Of a stretch of 64,000 bases of DNA, positions 28,582 through 39,793 are shown one piece after another (positions within the stretch are counted from its first letter, which is position 1; every line of letters begins with the position of its first letter). The DNA lies in assembly GCA_000996085.1 (NCBI GenBank), contig LBYG01000001.1, positions 651 to 64,650 of the forward strand. Reading direction: 5' to 3'. Made by a program: the position numbers and the translations under genes. Origin of the DNA: Parcubacteria group bacterium GW2011_GWB1_40_14. GTDB taxonomy: Bacteria; Patescibacteriota; Minisyncoccia; Terrybacterales; GWB1-40-14. The notes beneath the pieces are model-generated. The model did no database searches and was not told where the DNA came from. It saw only the letters and a program-made list of their open reading frames with translations.

Positions 28582-28989
28582 ATGACTCAACATATTGACG
28601 CAAAACAAATCGCAAAAACCTTTCTTGATTCTTTAGCGGATAAACATTCGCAACATGATCAGATCGAGACGGTTAAACAGTTCGTTGCTTTCCTTGTTCA
28701 AAACAATCTTTTGTCGCATTCGGGAAAATTAGTGGAAGCTATACAGGAAGAAATGATAAAGCGCTCAGGGCAGACAACGGTTCAAATGGAAAACTCCGGA
28801 GACTTAAGTGAAGAAGATATTGAAAACATCAGAAAAACAGCCGCTTCTTTATTGGGAGAAACTGTTAATATGGACCAGGAAACAAGTAAAAAACTTTTAG
28901 GCGGCATCAAAATGAAAATTGCCGATAAGGTAATTGATGCGACAATTAAAAGAAGACTGGAACAGCTTTCTAAAAATATTAAACAATAA
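28582..28989 (+). CDS. atpH: F0F1 ATP synthase subunit delta (short form)
   Basis: C-terminal '[25 protein letters not shown]' matches the delta/OSCP C-terminal motif. 135 aa. Confidence 0.65.
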   Translation: MTQHIDAKQIAKTFLDSLADKHSQHDQIETVKQFVAFLVQNNLLSHSGKLVEAIQEEMIKRSGQTTVQMENSGDLSEEDIENIRKTAASLLGETVNMDQETSKKLLGGIKMKIADKVIDATIKRRLEQLSKNIKQ

Positions 28990-28991
28990 GT

Positions 28992-30497
28992 ATGGATTCT
29001 AAAAAAATAATTGAAGAACTTAGAAAAGAAATATCCGGAGCAAAATTAGAAACTCGAGCGGAACAAACCGGCAATGTTCTTTTGGTAAAAGACGGCGTTA
29101 TACGTATTTCCGGGCTTTATTCGGTCGGAGCGCTGGAAATGTTGACTGTAAGAACCTCAGAAGGAGAAATTTCTGCAATGGCCTTAAACCTTGGGGCCGA
29201 AGATGTCGGAGCCATAGTTTTGGGCGATTGGGAAAAAATTAAGGAAGGCGATGAAGTTGTCGGAACCGGAAAAATTCTTTCTGTTCCTGTCGGCAAGGCT
29301 TTTTTAGGACGAGTTGTTAATCCTTTAGGCGAATCTTTGGATGGTAAGGGGCCGATTCATGCCGACAGATATAACCAGCTTGAGCGCATTGCGCCCGGTG
29401 TTATCACGAGAAAATCCGTAGATACATCTTTAGCTACAGGAATCAAAGCCATAGATGCAATGATCCCGATAGGACGCGGTCAGCGTGAACTTATTATCGG
29501 TGACAGACAAGTGGGTAAAACTGCGATTGCCGTTGATACCATTATCAATCAAAAAAATTCAGACGTTAAATCTATTTACGTTGCCATAGGTCAGAAATTA
29601 TCACGTGTTGTAAAAATAGTTGCGGAATTGGAAAAGCGGGGCGCTTTAGATAATACGATAGTTGTTGTGGCCTCAGCTTCTGATCCTGCTGCTTATTCGT
29701 ATATTGCGCCGTATGCCGGATGTGCTATGGGCGAATATTTTATGGACGAGGGACAAGATGCTTTGGTGGTTTATGACGATCTCTCCCGTCATGCATGGGC
29801 TTATCGTCAGGTGAGTCTTTTGCTTGAACGCTCCCCAGGACGTGAAGCTTATCCCGGAGATGTTTTCTATTTACACTCACGTCTTCTTGAACGCGCCGCT
29901 AAACTTTCAAAAGAATATGGAGGAGGCTCTTTAACGGCTTTACCGATAATTGAAACTCAAGCGGGCGATATTTCCGCATATATTCCGACAAATGTTATTT
30001 CAATTACCGACGGTCAAATATATCTTGAACCGGAATTATTTTACCAAGGAACCCGTCCTGCTTTAAATGTAGGTTTGTCTGTATCCCGCGTGGGTTCTGC
30101 CGCTCAGACCAAAGCGATGAAAAAAGTTGCCGGTAAGTTGCGTTTGGATCTGGCTCAATATCGTGAATTGGCTGTTTTTGCTCAGTTTGCGCAAGATTTA
30201 GATGAAGCTACCAAGAAACAACTTGAGCGAGGCAAGCGCCTTACTGAATTATTAAAACAAGGTCTATACGCGCCCGTTCCTGTAGAAGAGCAGGTTGTAG
30301 TATTGTATGCCGGTGTTAATGGTTATCTTGATAATATTGCACCGGAAAAAATTCATGATTGGGAAGAAGGCTTTATTGAATACTTGAAACGTCAAAATAA
30401 TAAAATACTTGAAAATATACGCATCAGTAAAAATTTGGAAGAAGATACAGAGAATATGCTTAAAGAAGCGACAGAAGGATACAACAAGATTCTATGA
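28992..30497 (+). CDS. atpA: F0F1 ATP synthase subunit alpha
   Basis: Walker A '[11 protein letters not shown]' and highly conserved alpha-subunit blocks ([43 protein letters not shown]). Confidence 0.95.
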   Translation: MDSKKIIEELRKEISGAKLETRAEQTGNVLLVKDGVIRISGLYSVGALEMLTVRTSEGEISAMALNLGAEDVGAIVLGDWEKIKEGDEVVGTGKILSVPVGKAFLGRVVNPLGESLDGKGPIHADRYNQLERIAPGVITRKSVDTSLATGIKAIDAMIPIGRGQRELIIGDRQVGKTAIAVDTIINQKNSDVKSIYVAIGQKLSRVVKIVAELEKRGALDNTIVVVASASDPAAYSYIAPYAGCAMGEYFMDEGQDALVVYDDLSRHAWAYRQVSLLLERSPGREAYPGDVFYLHSRLLERAAKLSKEYGGGSLTALPIIETQAGDISAYIPTNVISITDGQIYLEPELFYQGTRPALNVGLSVSRVGSAAQTKAMKKVAGKLRLDLAQYRELAVFAQFAQDLDEATKKQLERGKRLTELLKQGLYAPVPVEEQVVVLYAGVNGYLDNIAPEKIHDWEEGFIEYLKRQNNKILENIRISKNLEEDTENMLKEATEGYNKIL

Positions 30498-30727
30498 GCT
30501 TAATGGGTAAAATAATAGGAAGCAGAAAGGGGATATTTATACTACTTTTTATTCTGATTATTTTGCTCGCCGCCATATTTTTCTGGCAAACCATTATAAC
30601 CATAAGAGTAAAAACATATTACAAAGAAGTAGAGCTTAATAATAAAAAACAGGAATACATGCAAAGACTTGAAAAAATAATTAAAACTGAGCAAGAACAA
30701 AAATTAAATATTGTATCCGGTAATTAA
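30494..30727 (+). CDS. hypothetical small membrane protein inserted between atpA and atpG
   Basis: 77 aa with one TM helix. 4-nt overlap with the atpA stop, ends 3 nt before atpG. Confidence 0.4.
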   Translation: MSLMGKIIGSRKGIFILLFILIILLAAIFFWQTIITIRVKTYYKEVELNNKKQEYMQRLEKIIKTEQEQKLNIVSGN

Positions 30728-30729
30728 AA

Positions 30730-31647
30730 TTGTATATGGCACAGAATACACGAGAATTAAGAAGAAGAATAAAATCCACAAAATCTATCAGGCAGATAAC
30801 TAAAGCTATGGAAATGATAGCCGCAAGCAAAATGCGTAAAGCGCAGCTTGCAGCTTTATCTTCGCGTCCATATTCTGTTTTAGCGTGGGAAATGCTTTCT
30901 TCGGTAGCCGAAAAATCGGAACAGTTTGCCGGAGCCGACGCCGAATTGTTCTATAAATTTTTATCCAGAGGAATAAAGGTTAATTTAAATAAAGAACTTA
31001 TAATTTTAATAACATCAAATAGGGGATTGTGCGGTTCCTTAAATTCACAATTGGTGAATGCCGCGTTTTCAATAGTAAAGAACAATAAAGACACGTTCGA
31101 CGAGCTCAGTGCAAGTAAATATTCATTTATAATTGTCGGAAGAAAAGGTTTGCGCTCTGCGTTACGTTTAGGTCTGGATGTTTTTGCGTCTTATGACGGT
31201 TTTGAAAATCAACCAACTTTTGCCGATACATTGCCGATCGCGCGTTCTGTTATGGATAGTTTTGCCGGCGGACAATTCAAAAGCGTAAAACTTATTTATG
31301 CGGATTTTATTTCCACACTTAAATATGAGATCCGTGTAACGCAGCTTTTGCCGATCAACATAGGTGATGAATCTGTCGAGACAAAGCATGCGGAATTTTT
31401 ATTTGAACCTTCGCCGGCAGAAGTACTGAATTCTTTGATCCCGAGATTGATAGAATTACAGGTTTATCAGGCGCTGGTTGAGAATTTGGCTTCGGAGCAT
31501 TCAGCGCGCATGGTAAATATGAAAAACGCTTCTGATTCTGCCCGCGATATTATCAATGATCTTACTCTTACTTATAATTCAGTCCGTCAGGCGTCTATTA
31601 CTGCTGATTTGGCAGATATAATAGGCGGCAGAATGGCGGTGAAGTGA
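30730..31647 (+). CDS. atpG: F0F1 ATP synthase subunit gamma
   Basis: N-terminal 'RRRIKSTKSIRQITKAMEMIAASKMRKAQ' and C-terminal 'ITADLADIIGG' gamma-subunit signatures. Confidence 0.85.
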   Translation: MYMAQNTRELRRRIKSTKSIRQITKAMEMIAASKMRKAQLAALSSRPYSVLAWEMLSSVAEKSEQFAGADAELFYKFLSRGIKVNLNKELIILITSNRGLCGSLNSQLVNAAFSIVKNNKDTFDELSASKYSFIIVGRKGLRSALRLGLDVFASYDGFENQPTFADTLPIARSVMDSFAGGQFKSVKLIYADFISTLKYEIRVTQLLPINIGDESVETKHAEFLFEPSPAEVLNSLIPRLIELQVYQALVENLASEHSARMVNMKNASDSARDIINDLTLTYNSVRQASITADLADIIGGRMAVK

Positions 31648-31794
31648 AGACTTATGCGTTTGTCCTTTTTTTCGCTCATTCTCGGCAAGCCAGCGCTTGC
31701 CTCCGAGGTTTCGACTGTTTTGTCCCTCGTATTACTCGGGAACCATGCCAAAACAGCCTCAAAAACCGCTCAAAAAAGACAAACGTCTAAGTCT
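31648..31794. repeat. palindromic element in atpG-atpD spacer: 17-bp terminal inverted repeat (agacttatgcgtttgtc / gacaaacgtctaagtct) around a ~110-nt GC-richer core; contains a 47-codon ORF (31654-31797)
   Basis: Read directly. The core shares blocks (ggtttcgact, tccctcg, ctcggga, ccgctcaaa) with the atpD in-frame insertion at ~31955-32015. Confidence 0.55.
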
Positions 31795-31825
31795 TAACAA
31801 GGGTAGAAAGAGGAAATAAAAATAA

Positions 31826-33271
<1,446 letters not shown>

Positions 33272-33305
33272 AATGCAAAGTGAAAAGCTGAAAATAATGC
33301 ATGAA

Positions 33306-33431
33306 CCCCGTTAGAAAATTGCTATTATTTATGGATTATTATTTATATAAAAAGAGTTGTTCGGTTTATAATAGTCAAACAAGTTTTTCGACTTGTTTGA
33401 CCGTTAACTTTTCGGCAATTTTCTAACGGGG
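33306..33431. repeat. nested palindromic element: 17-bp outer stem (ccccgttagaaaattgc / gcaattttctaacgggg) enclosing perfect inner hairpin gtcaaacaagt-ttttc-gacttgtttgac
   Basis: Read directly. Shares the 'tttcgact(t)gtttg' core with the atpG-atpD spacer element and 'gaaaatt' with the 12506 element. Confidence 0.6.
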
Positions 33432-33661
33432 TGAAAAAATTTCTTGCGGATCTAGTTTTAATTACCAGTTTAACCGTTCTCATTTTTGGTTTAGGCTTAT
33501 TTTTTGGCTTTGCGCCAAGATACACTAGCGGTGAAAGCCTTGAGGGGTTAGTCCAATTTTTCTCTATATTAGTCGGACTAATACTATTTTTTATCTATTT
33601 AGTTTTAGTGTTTAGCGAACCCGAAAGAACAGAACAAAAAAATAATCCAAATAGGTATTGA
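33431..33661 (+). CDS. hypothetical small membrane protein (GTG start) preceding atpC
   Basis: 76 aa with two TM helices. Start lies within the right arm of the palindromic element. Stop overlaps the atpC leader. Confidence 0.3.
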   Translation: MKKFLADLVLITSLTVLIFGLGLFFGFAPRYTSGESLEGLVQFFSILVGLILFFIYLVLVFSEPERTEQKNNPNRY

Positions 33662-33666
33662 AAGAT

Positions 33667-34149
33667 ATGTTTAAAATTCAATTTGAAATTACGACACCCG
33701 AGAGAACAGCTTTTAAGGATGAAATTGATTCTTTAACCGTACAGACAAGAGACGGAGAAATTACTATTTTACCCAATCATATTCCGTTAGTTGCTCCACT
33801 TGCTACCGGAGAATTGGTTGTTCGTAAAAATAAAGAAATCATCCCTTTACATGTGGGAGAGGGATTTGTTGAAATAAAACCATCTTTAAGCGGCTCTCAC
33901 GTTACGAGAGTTATAATATTGGCTGATGAGGCAGAGCGAGCTGAGGAAATAGATGTTAAAGCAGCCGAAGAAGCGCAGCAACGCGCGCAAAAAGCTATGG
34001 AAAGCTATAAAAATGCCGATGATGTTAAATTTGCTGATGCGACCGCAGTTTTTGAAAGAGCGTTATCCCGTACGAAGATAGCAAGAAAACACGCCCGTGG
34101 TTCAGGTGGGTTCACCACAGGCGGAAGAGCGTCTATTGATAACGAATAA
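33667..34149 (+). CDS. atpC: F0F1 ATP synthase subunit epsilon
   Basis: Start set at the ATG at 33667 ('MFKIQFEITTPERT...'); the ORF track begins at an upstream TTG. Beta-sandwich plus a C-terminal helical region. Confidence 0.8.
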   Translation: MFKIQFEITTPERTAFKDEIDSLTVQTRDGEITILPNHIPLVAPLATGELVVRKNKEIIPLHVGEGFVEIKPSLSGSHVTRVIILADEAERAEEIDVKAAEEAQQRAQKAMESYKNADDVKFADATAVFERALSRTKIARKHARGSGGFTTGGRASIDNE

Positions 34150-34199
34150 ATATTTTGTTATTCTTAAACAAAATGCACTTTTAGAAAAGAGGTAATTGT

Positions 34200-34529
34200 A
34201 TGTCTAAAAATACGGTTGAAGTAACCAATGCAACCTTTGAACAAAAAGTTTTAAAATCAAAACTTCCTGTGATTGTAGATTTTTGGGCTGAGTGGTGCGG
34301 ACCATGTCACGCCATGATATCAATTGTTGAGGAATTGGCTTTAGAATATAAGGAGAAAGTTAAATTTGCCAAGTTAAACGTTGATGAAAATATGGCAACC
34401 GCGCAGGTTTATACCGTCATGTCTATTCCTACGTTTATCTTGTTTAAGGAAGGCCAACCCGTTAAGCGCTTTGTAGGCGCTAGGTCAATTACTGCATTTA
34501 AACAAGAAATTGAAGGATGTATTAAATAA
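34200..34529 (+). CDS. trxA: thioredoxin
   Basis: 'WAEWCGPCH' active site. 109 aa. Confidence 0.9.
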   Translation: MSKNTVEVTNATFEQKVLKSKLPVIVDFWAEWCGPCHAMISIVEELALEYKEKVKFAKLNVDENMATAQVYTVMSIPTFILFKEGQPVKRFVGARSITAFKQEIEGCIK

Positions 34530-34539
34530 TAATTTAAAT

Positions 34540-34568
34540 AATCGCCGCGCAAAGGCGATTTTTATTTT
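34540..34568 (+). terminator. rho-independent terminator after trxA (aatcgcc-gcgcaaa-ggcgatt + T8)
   Basis: Read directly. Confidence 0.7.
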
Positions 34569-34737
34569 GCGATTGACCCAGCCCCAATTCTTAATTAGAG
34601 CTGGGTTGACCCCACACCAGTTTTTGCATAATGAACTATCGGTTTTGGAGCGTTGTAACACCCCAAAACTTTTGTATTATCGATAAAAGTTAAAGTTTGG
34701 TATATCTGAATATTCTTGCGCAAAAATGGTGTGTGGG

Positions 34738-34765
34738 TTGACTTTTATGATAAAAAGAGTATAAT
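34738..34765 (+). promoter_or_regulatory. sigma70-like promoter TTGACT-N16-TATAAT
   Basis: Read directly. Followed by the 5'-UTR hairpin 'cgtcta-acaagttaaat-tagacg', which abuts the RBS 'gaggt'. Confidence 0.45.
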
Positions 34766-34800
34766 TAATTCGTCTAACAAGTTAAATTAGACGAGGTATT

Positions 34801-35214
34801 ATGAGTTCAGTAAGCAAAGGTCATACTTGTGAAGCATTAGTCTTAATGTGCATAGACTTTCGTTTCCGAGAAAATGTGCAGGAAAACCTAAAAGCAAAAG
34901 GCATAAAAAGCTATGACATCATGGCTTTTCCGGGCGCCTCGCTTGGACTGTCTTCAGATAGTAATCCGGCACAGAAACCATTACTGAACGCAATAACTAT
35001 CTCAAAAAATTTGCACAACATTCAGCGCGTGGTTATAGTTGACCATGAAGATTGCGGAGCCTATGGGGGCTCAAGTAATTTTGTATCTCTAGATGAAGAA
35101 AAAGCAGAGCACAGAGAAAAAATGATCTTGGCCGCACGTGCCGTTAAAGCGGAAGTAGATCTTCCGATCGAAACATGGCTGGCGCGTCTGGACGGCACTC
35201 TGGAAGCCCTATAA
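34801..35214 (+). CDS. short beta-class carbonic-anhydrase-like protein (CxDxR ... HxxC zinc motifs)
   Basis: 'LMCIDFRF' (Cys17-Asp19-Arg21) and 'VVIVDHEDCGAYGG' (His82-Cys85) match the two beta-CA zinc-ligand motifs with similar spacing. At 137 aa it is shorter than the smallest characterised beta-CAs. Confidence 0.4.
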   Translation: MSSVSKGHTCEALVLMCIDFRFRENVQENLKAKGIKSYDIMAFPGASLGLSSDSNPAQKPLLNAITISKNLHNIQRVVIVDHEDCGAYGGSSNFVSLDEEKAEHREKMILAARAVKAEVDLPIETWLARLDGTLEAL

Positions 35215-35244
35215 AGCAATACTTAATTCAGTGAAGTAAAAATT

Positions 35245-35278
35245 AAAACCCGATTCTTTAAGAATCGGGAATTTTTTA
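35245..35278. terminator. bidirectional terminator (cccgattctt-t-aagaatcggg flanked by A/T runs)
   Basis: Read directly. Confidence 0.65.
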
Positions 35279-35295
35279 TATAAAAATATCAGAAA

Positions 35296-36936
35296 CTAAA
35301 AATCAAGATAGCGTAATTTTTTTAGCGCTAATTTTATTGAAATCAATACGATCAAACCGGAAGTTAAGGCGCCTATTAGTTCAAGTATATACAAATTTAA
35401 AGAAATGTCGTTTGCGTTCATCGCTAAAACAGCCATGAGTCCAATATAAATTAAAGAAATAAAAGTTGTAATAAGGCCCATAGGCGTTGTACTCATACGT
35501 TCCGGATCGCGTTTGCGCAATTCAGGAGATATTGCTCCCATACTGATTTGAAAAATAGCAATAAAAATAGATGTAATAACGCCCAGAATTAAGATATTTA
35601 TAGTGACATATGACGATATATTAAAAAACGGCAAGGTTACATATAGGCCCGTTGTCATTAATACAGTTAAAAGTATTGTTCCAAATAAAAATTTAGCAAA
35701 AAGTATTTTTTGAGGTGAAACGGGCATTGAAGCTAAAATCCATGCGCTTTGCCCTTCGCGACCTACAAGCGGGAAAAGAAAACGTAACGATATTGTGGTT
35801 ATAAAATAACCCAATCCGCCAAAATGCAAAGCTAAAAGAACGGCTAATTTATCCTTATATCCTTCGTTTGCTTGTTGCGCCAAACCGGCAAGTAAAAAAA
35901 GATATACCGAGGCAAGAAGAATGAAAAAACCAATGTTGGCCAGATCTCGTTTATTTCTTATTATACTTCTAATATCTTTTTCAATTATTATTCCAATTTT
36001 ACCTTTTAAGATAAGCGGGAACGGCCAGCGCTTAATGTCATTAATAGTTGCATCAACCGCGCGAGCTATAAAAACACCTTCTTGTCCCTTTATAAATAAC
36101 GGATGATAGAGTTTCTTTGCTATCACAAAAGTGACGGCTAATAAACTAAGGGACGCAATTAAAATAATAAGAAAAATAAGGAATACATTTTGCGTATTTG
36201 TAGCAGAAGCAAAAGCCAATTTAGCGATCAAATGGGAAGGAAAGGGCAAAAAAATCTTTTCAACCTGATCAAGCGGAGCTTGAACTTTAGTTAAATCTAC
36301 GGCATTAAATATATTTGAAATGTTTTGGGGTACCAAAATTCTGGCCGTGATCCATCCGCCAAGAACAGCCACTAAACTTAGACCGGCACTCAGTAAATAA
36401 CTTGCACGTATTTGACTGATACGCGCTACAAAAAAAGAAATTAATGCGGCTATTGAACACACAAAAGAAAGAAATAAAAATAAAGCCGTAAAATTGAGCA
36501 AATAAAAACCTAAAGATGTCTTATGGGTTATGCCCAGTGCAAGTATGCCCGGCAGCGCAATAAGCAGCAGGGGCCATGAAGATAATAAAAAAAGTAAGAT
36601 GAGACGCCACGCAAAAATATGATTGGCCGGTGTTGGAGTAGTAAAAATAAATTTAAGTTCCGGGGAGTAGAAAAATATACCGGAAGCCAAAATTGCCGAC
36701 GATATCAGGGTGAGAATAAAAGCAAGCAGAAGAAAGGCCTCTAATATGTAGAGAGTTATGGCATTACCGAAATATTCCTGACGCAAAAGATATTTGAATC
36801 CTTCGTGAAAACCGATGAATTCAGCTGCAAAAACCAGTCCAAGTACCATGAAGAAAATAACCGCAACGATGGCGGTTGCCGGCTCTTTAAGCAATCTTCC
36901 GATAAGAATAAATTGATTTTTAAGCAAAAAAAGCAT
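35296..36936 (-). CDS. large polytopic ABC-transporter permease-like membrane protein
   Basis: 546 aa with many TM helices. Stop-to-start adjacency (3 nt) with the upstream ABC ATPase gene on the same strand. Confidence 0.55.
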   Translation of the reverse strand: MLFLLKNQFILIGRLLKEPATAIVAVIFFMVLGLVFAAEFIGFHEGFKYLLRQEYFGNAITLYILEAFLLLAFILTLISSAILASGIFFYSPELKFIFTTPTPANHIFAWRLILLFLLSSWPLLLIALPGILALGITHKTSLGFYLLNFTALFLFLSFVCSIAALISFFVARISQIRASYLLSAGLSLVAVLGGWITARILVPQNISNIFNAVDLTKVQAPLDQVEKIFLPFPSHLIAKLAFASATNTQNVFLIFLIILIASLSLLAVTFVIAKKLYHPLFIKGQEGVFIARAVDATINDIKRWPFPLILKGKIGIIIEKDIRSIIRNKRDLANIGFFILLASVYLFLLAGLAQQANEGYKDKLAVLLALHFGGLGYFITTISLRFLFPLVGREGQSAWILASMPVSPQKILFAKFLFGTILLTVLMTTGLYVTLPFFNISSYVTINILILGVITSIFIAIFQISMGAISPELRKRDPERMSTTPMGLITTFISLIYIGLMAVLAMNANDISLNLYILELIGALTSGLIVLISIKLALKKLRYLDF

Positions 36937-36939
36937 AGT

Positions 36940-37692
36940 TTAAGCAACAAAGTGCAGATAAAGCTCTTCCAATGTTTTATTTTTTTCTTCAGCTTCCACT
37001 AAGGTTTCGGCCGATAAACCGGCCATTTTCAGTAATTCGTCTATGGTACCTTCTATTAGTAGTTTTCCATCTTTAATAATTCCAATACGGTCACAAATAT
37101 CTTGGGCAAACGAAAGCGTATGCGTGGAAATAAATATCGTTCCGCCGTCCTCTTTAGCAAAGTTGCGGAAAAGTTTTTTAGTGATAGATATACTTTCGGG
37201 GTCTAAACCGACCACGGGTTCATCAACTAAAAGAGCCTTTGGAGTGTGGAGGAAGGCCGCCAATATAACTAATTTCTGTTTATTGCCGCGGGAATAGCTG
37301 TCCATATAACCGTCAAGTATTTTTTTCAAAGGATAGATTTTAGATAATTTTTCTATACGTTCATCCCGTTCTTTTTTATTTATACCGAATATTTCACCTA
37401 CGAAGGACAAATATTCCCAGCCCGTCATTTTTTCATATACAAAAGGGTCGTCAGGAACATAACCAAGTTGTTTTTTTGTATATTCCGGATTCAAGCGTAC
37501 ATCTTTATCGTCAATGAATATTTCTCCTTGAGATGGTTTCATTAATCCGACAAGCATTTTTATGGTGGTTGTTTTACCGGCACCATTCGGGCCGATAAAA
37601 CCAAAAATAGTTCCCTGCGGTATACTTAAAGATAGTTGGTTTACCGCCGTTAGAGGGCCGAATTTTTTGGTTACATTTTTAATTTCGATCAT
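36940..37692 (-). CDS. ABC transporter ATP-binding protein
   Basis: Walker A 'GPNGAGKTT', signature 'YSRGNKQKL', Walker B 'LLVDEPV'. Confidence 0.9.
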   Translation of the reverse strand: MIEIKNVTKKFGPLTAVNQLSLSIPQGTIFGFIGPNGAGKTTTIKMLVGLMKPSQGEIFIDDKDVRLNPEYTKKQLGYVPDDPFVYEKMTGWEYLSFVGEIFGINKKERDERIEKLSKIYPLKKILDGYMDSYSRGNKQKLVILAAFLHTPKALLVDEPVVGLDPESISITKKLFRNFAKEDGGTIFISTHTLSFAQDICDRIGIIKDGKLLIEGTIDELLKMAGLSAETLVEAEEKNKTLEELYLHFVA

Positions 37693-37873
37693 ATTGTCTG
37701 TTTATATTTATGATATAATCATTATATCATACGAACATTACTTTTATGTTTAACAGTAAAAAATCCAAGAATAGTAAGATTTGTTGGCCCTGCGCTCTTT
37801 TGCCCCCGTTTTTTATAATATTTGTCGTTGTCGTTATAGTATATTTGTTGTTCTTTTCTCCGAATTACTAGAC

Positions 37874-38563
37874 ATGAATAAGGTATCATTAAATAAATCA
37901 AAAAGAGCCGGGAAAATCCTGGCTGTTTTATGTAAAGAGTATTCTAATGCTAAAATTGCATTGAAATATAACAACAATATACAACTTCTTGTTGCGGTTA
38001 TTCTTTCGGCTCAATGCACCGATAAAAAAGTTAACGAGGTAACCGAAAAAATATTCAAAAAATATAAAACCACAAGCGATTTTGCCAAAGCCGATATAAA
38101 AGTTTTTGAGCAAGAAATACGTTCAACGGGATTTTATAGGGCCAAGGCTCGAAATATTATTACTTCGTGCGGAATAATTGATAAAAGGTATGGAAGCAGG
38201 GTGCCAGATACCATGAAAGAAATACTTACCTTGCCCGGGGTTGCCCGTAAAACTGCGAATGTTGTTTTGGGCAATGCGTATGAAATCGTAGAGGGTATTG
38301 CGGTAGACACTCATGTGCGAAGACTTTCACAGCGCATGGGCTTTACAGCGGAGGAAAATCCGGTCAAGATCGAACAGGATTTAATGGCGCTTTTTCCAAA
38401 AAAAGATTGGTTCAAGTTAACATATACTTTAATTGATCACGGAAGAGCCGTATGTAAAGCGCCTACGCCTCTATGTGAAATTTGTCCGGTAAATAAAACA
38501 TGTCCGACGGGGATACAAAGATTAAAAAAATCCGGTAAAAAGAAATCCTCATATGCTAAATAA
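37874..38563 (+). CDS. nth: endonuclease III
   Basis: HhH-GPD motif 'LPGVARKTANVVLGNA' and 4Fe-4S cluster 'CKAPTPLCEICPVNKTC'. Start set at the ATG at 37874; the ORF-track start is an upstream alternative codon. Confidence 0.85.
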   Translation: MNKVSLNKSKRAGKILAVLCKEYSNAKIALKYNNNIQLLVAVILSAQCTDKKVNEVTEKIFKKYKTTSDFAKADIKVFEQEIRSTGFYRAKARNIITSCGIIDKRYGSRVPDTMKEILTLPGVARKTANVVLGNAYEIVEGIAVDTHVRRLSQRMGFTAEENPVKIEQDLMALFPKKDWFKLTYTLIDHGRAVCKAPTPLCEICPVNKTCPTGIQRLKKSGKKKSSYAK

Positions 38564-39194
38564 TGTAACCTGGTTTAAACAATCCGCGTTCTTCTTTAAT
38601 GCAGAAACAAAGAGGAAAATATATATTGATCCATGGGACGTACCCAATACCTATCCCATCGCTGATTTAATATTCATAACCCACGCTCATTTCGATCATT
38701 TTGATATTGGAACAATAAAACAGTTGTCGTCCGATCATACTTTAATAATATGCCCTAAAGATGTCGCAGAAGAATTAGATGCTAATTTCAAAGTGATTTC
38801 TGTTAAACCGGGAGACCGGATAAATCCCGAAAATATTGTCAAAGTAGAAGTTGTGCCGGCTTATAATATAGATAAACCCTTTCATCCAAAAGAAAATAAT
38901 TGGGTTGGATACATTTTTGAAATTAACGGTAGGCGTTATTATCATGCAGGTGACACTGATCGTATTCCTGAGATGAGTGATATAAGGTGCGACATTGCCA
39001 TGCTTCCAATAGGCGGAATCTATACTATGAACATAGAGGAAGCCGTAACAGCCGCTTCTGATATTGGGCCACAAATTGCTGTTCCAATGCATTACGGTTT
39101 TGAGGTTGGTAAACATGACGATGGTGAAAAATTTAAGAAATTATCGAAAATACCGGTTGAATTGTTACAACCGATAAGACCGTTTGAAAAATAA
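38553..39194 (+). CDS. MBL-fold metallo-hydrolase
   Basis: 'ITHAHFDHF' HxHxDH motif and downstream His/Asp ligands. Confidence 0.75.
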   Translation: MLNNVTWFKQSAFFFNAETKRKIYIDPWDVPNTYPIADLIFITHAHFDHFDIGTIKQLSSDHTLIICPKDVAEELDANFKVISVKPGDRINPENIVKVEVVPAYNIDKPFHPKENNWVGYIFEINGRRYYHAGDTDRIPEMSDIRCDIAMLPIGGIYTMNIEEAVTAASDIGPQIAVPMHYGFEVGKHDDGEKFKKLSKIPVELLQPIRPFEK

Positions 39195-39237
39195 ATATTT
39201 TTGAGTAAAAAAGAAAAACTTCGCATAACGCGAAGTT

Positions 39238-39744
39238 TTATTTTTCGGGAGGTTTATCAAGATCATCTAATTCTGAAAGACCGCCAATAAAATCCTGGAA
39301 AGCTTCCGGAAGCTTTTCTTTTACGGGCGAATCGTTTTCGTTATCTTCTTCCAGTTCAACGCAGTTAGCATTAAATATTTCTTTATCAACATAAATGGGG
39401 GATTGAGTTTTGAGAGCAATTGCAATTGAGTCACTGGGACGAGCATCAATTTTTTTTGTTTCCCCGTTTTGCTCAAGAACAAGTTCTGAATAATAAATAC
39501 CATCTATTATTTCGTTGATAGTCACAAATTTGATCTCAGCATCCAGGGTCATTATTACATCAAGTAACAAGTCTTGCGTTAGCGGACGTTCTGAATCTAT
39601 GCCGAGCAGAGCATTTGAAATATAGGTAGCTTCATACCGGCCTGTATATATAGCAAGATATCGGTTTTTATTTTTTTCTTTAAGAATGAGCATGTTTGCG
39701 TTCGTTATTTCTAGAACGCCCTTAACATAGACCTCTATTAACAT
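39238..39744 (-). CDS. bifunctional nuclease (DUF151/BFN) family protein
   Basis: 'RPSDSIAIALK' motif and overall ~165-aa architecture of BFN domain proteins. Confidence 0.65.
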   Translation of the reverse strand: MLIEVYVKGVLEITNANMLILKEKNKNRYLAIYTGRYEATYISNALLGIDSERPLTQDLLLDVIMTLDAEIKFVTINEIIDGIYYSELVLEQNGETKKIDARPSDSIAIALKTQSPIYVDKEIFNANCVELEEDNENDSPVKEKLPEAFQDFIGGLSELDDLDKPPEK

Positions 39745-39793
39745 GCGCTCTCCGGAGTTTTATAAGAGCTTTGGTTTGATTGTATGAAAATTA

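Noticed and set aside
35921-36106. Small plus-strand ORFs (61-65 aa) inside the large minus-strand permease gene, and similar ones inside the O-antigen-ligase-like gene
   Set aside because: Antisense to long hydrophobic ORFs in AT-rich sequence. Typical shadow frames.
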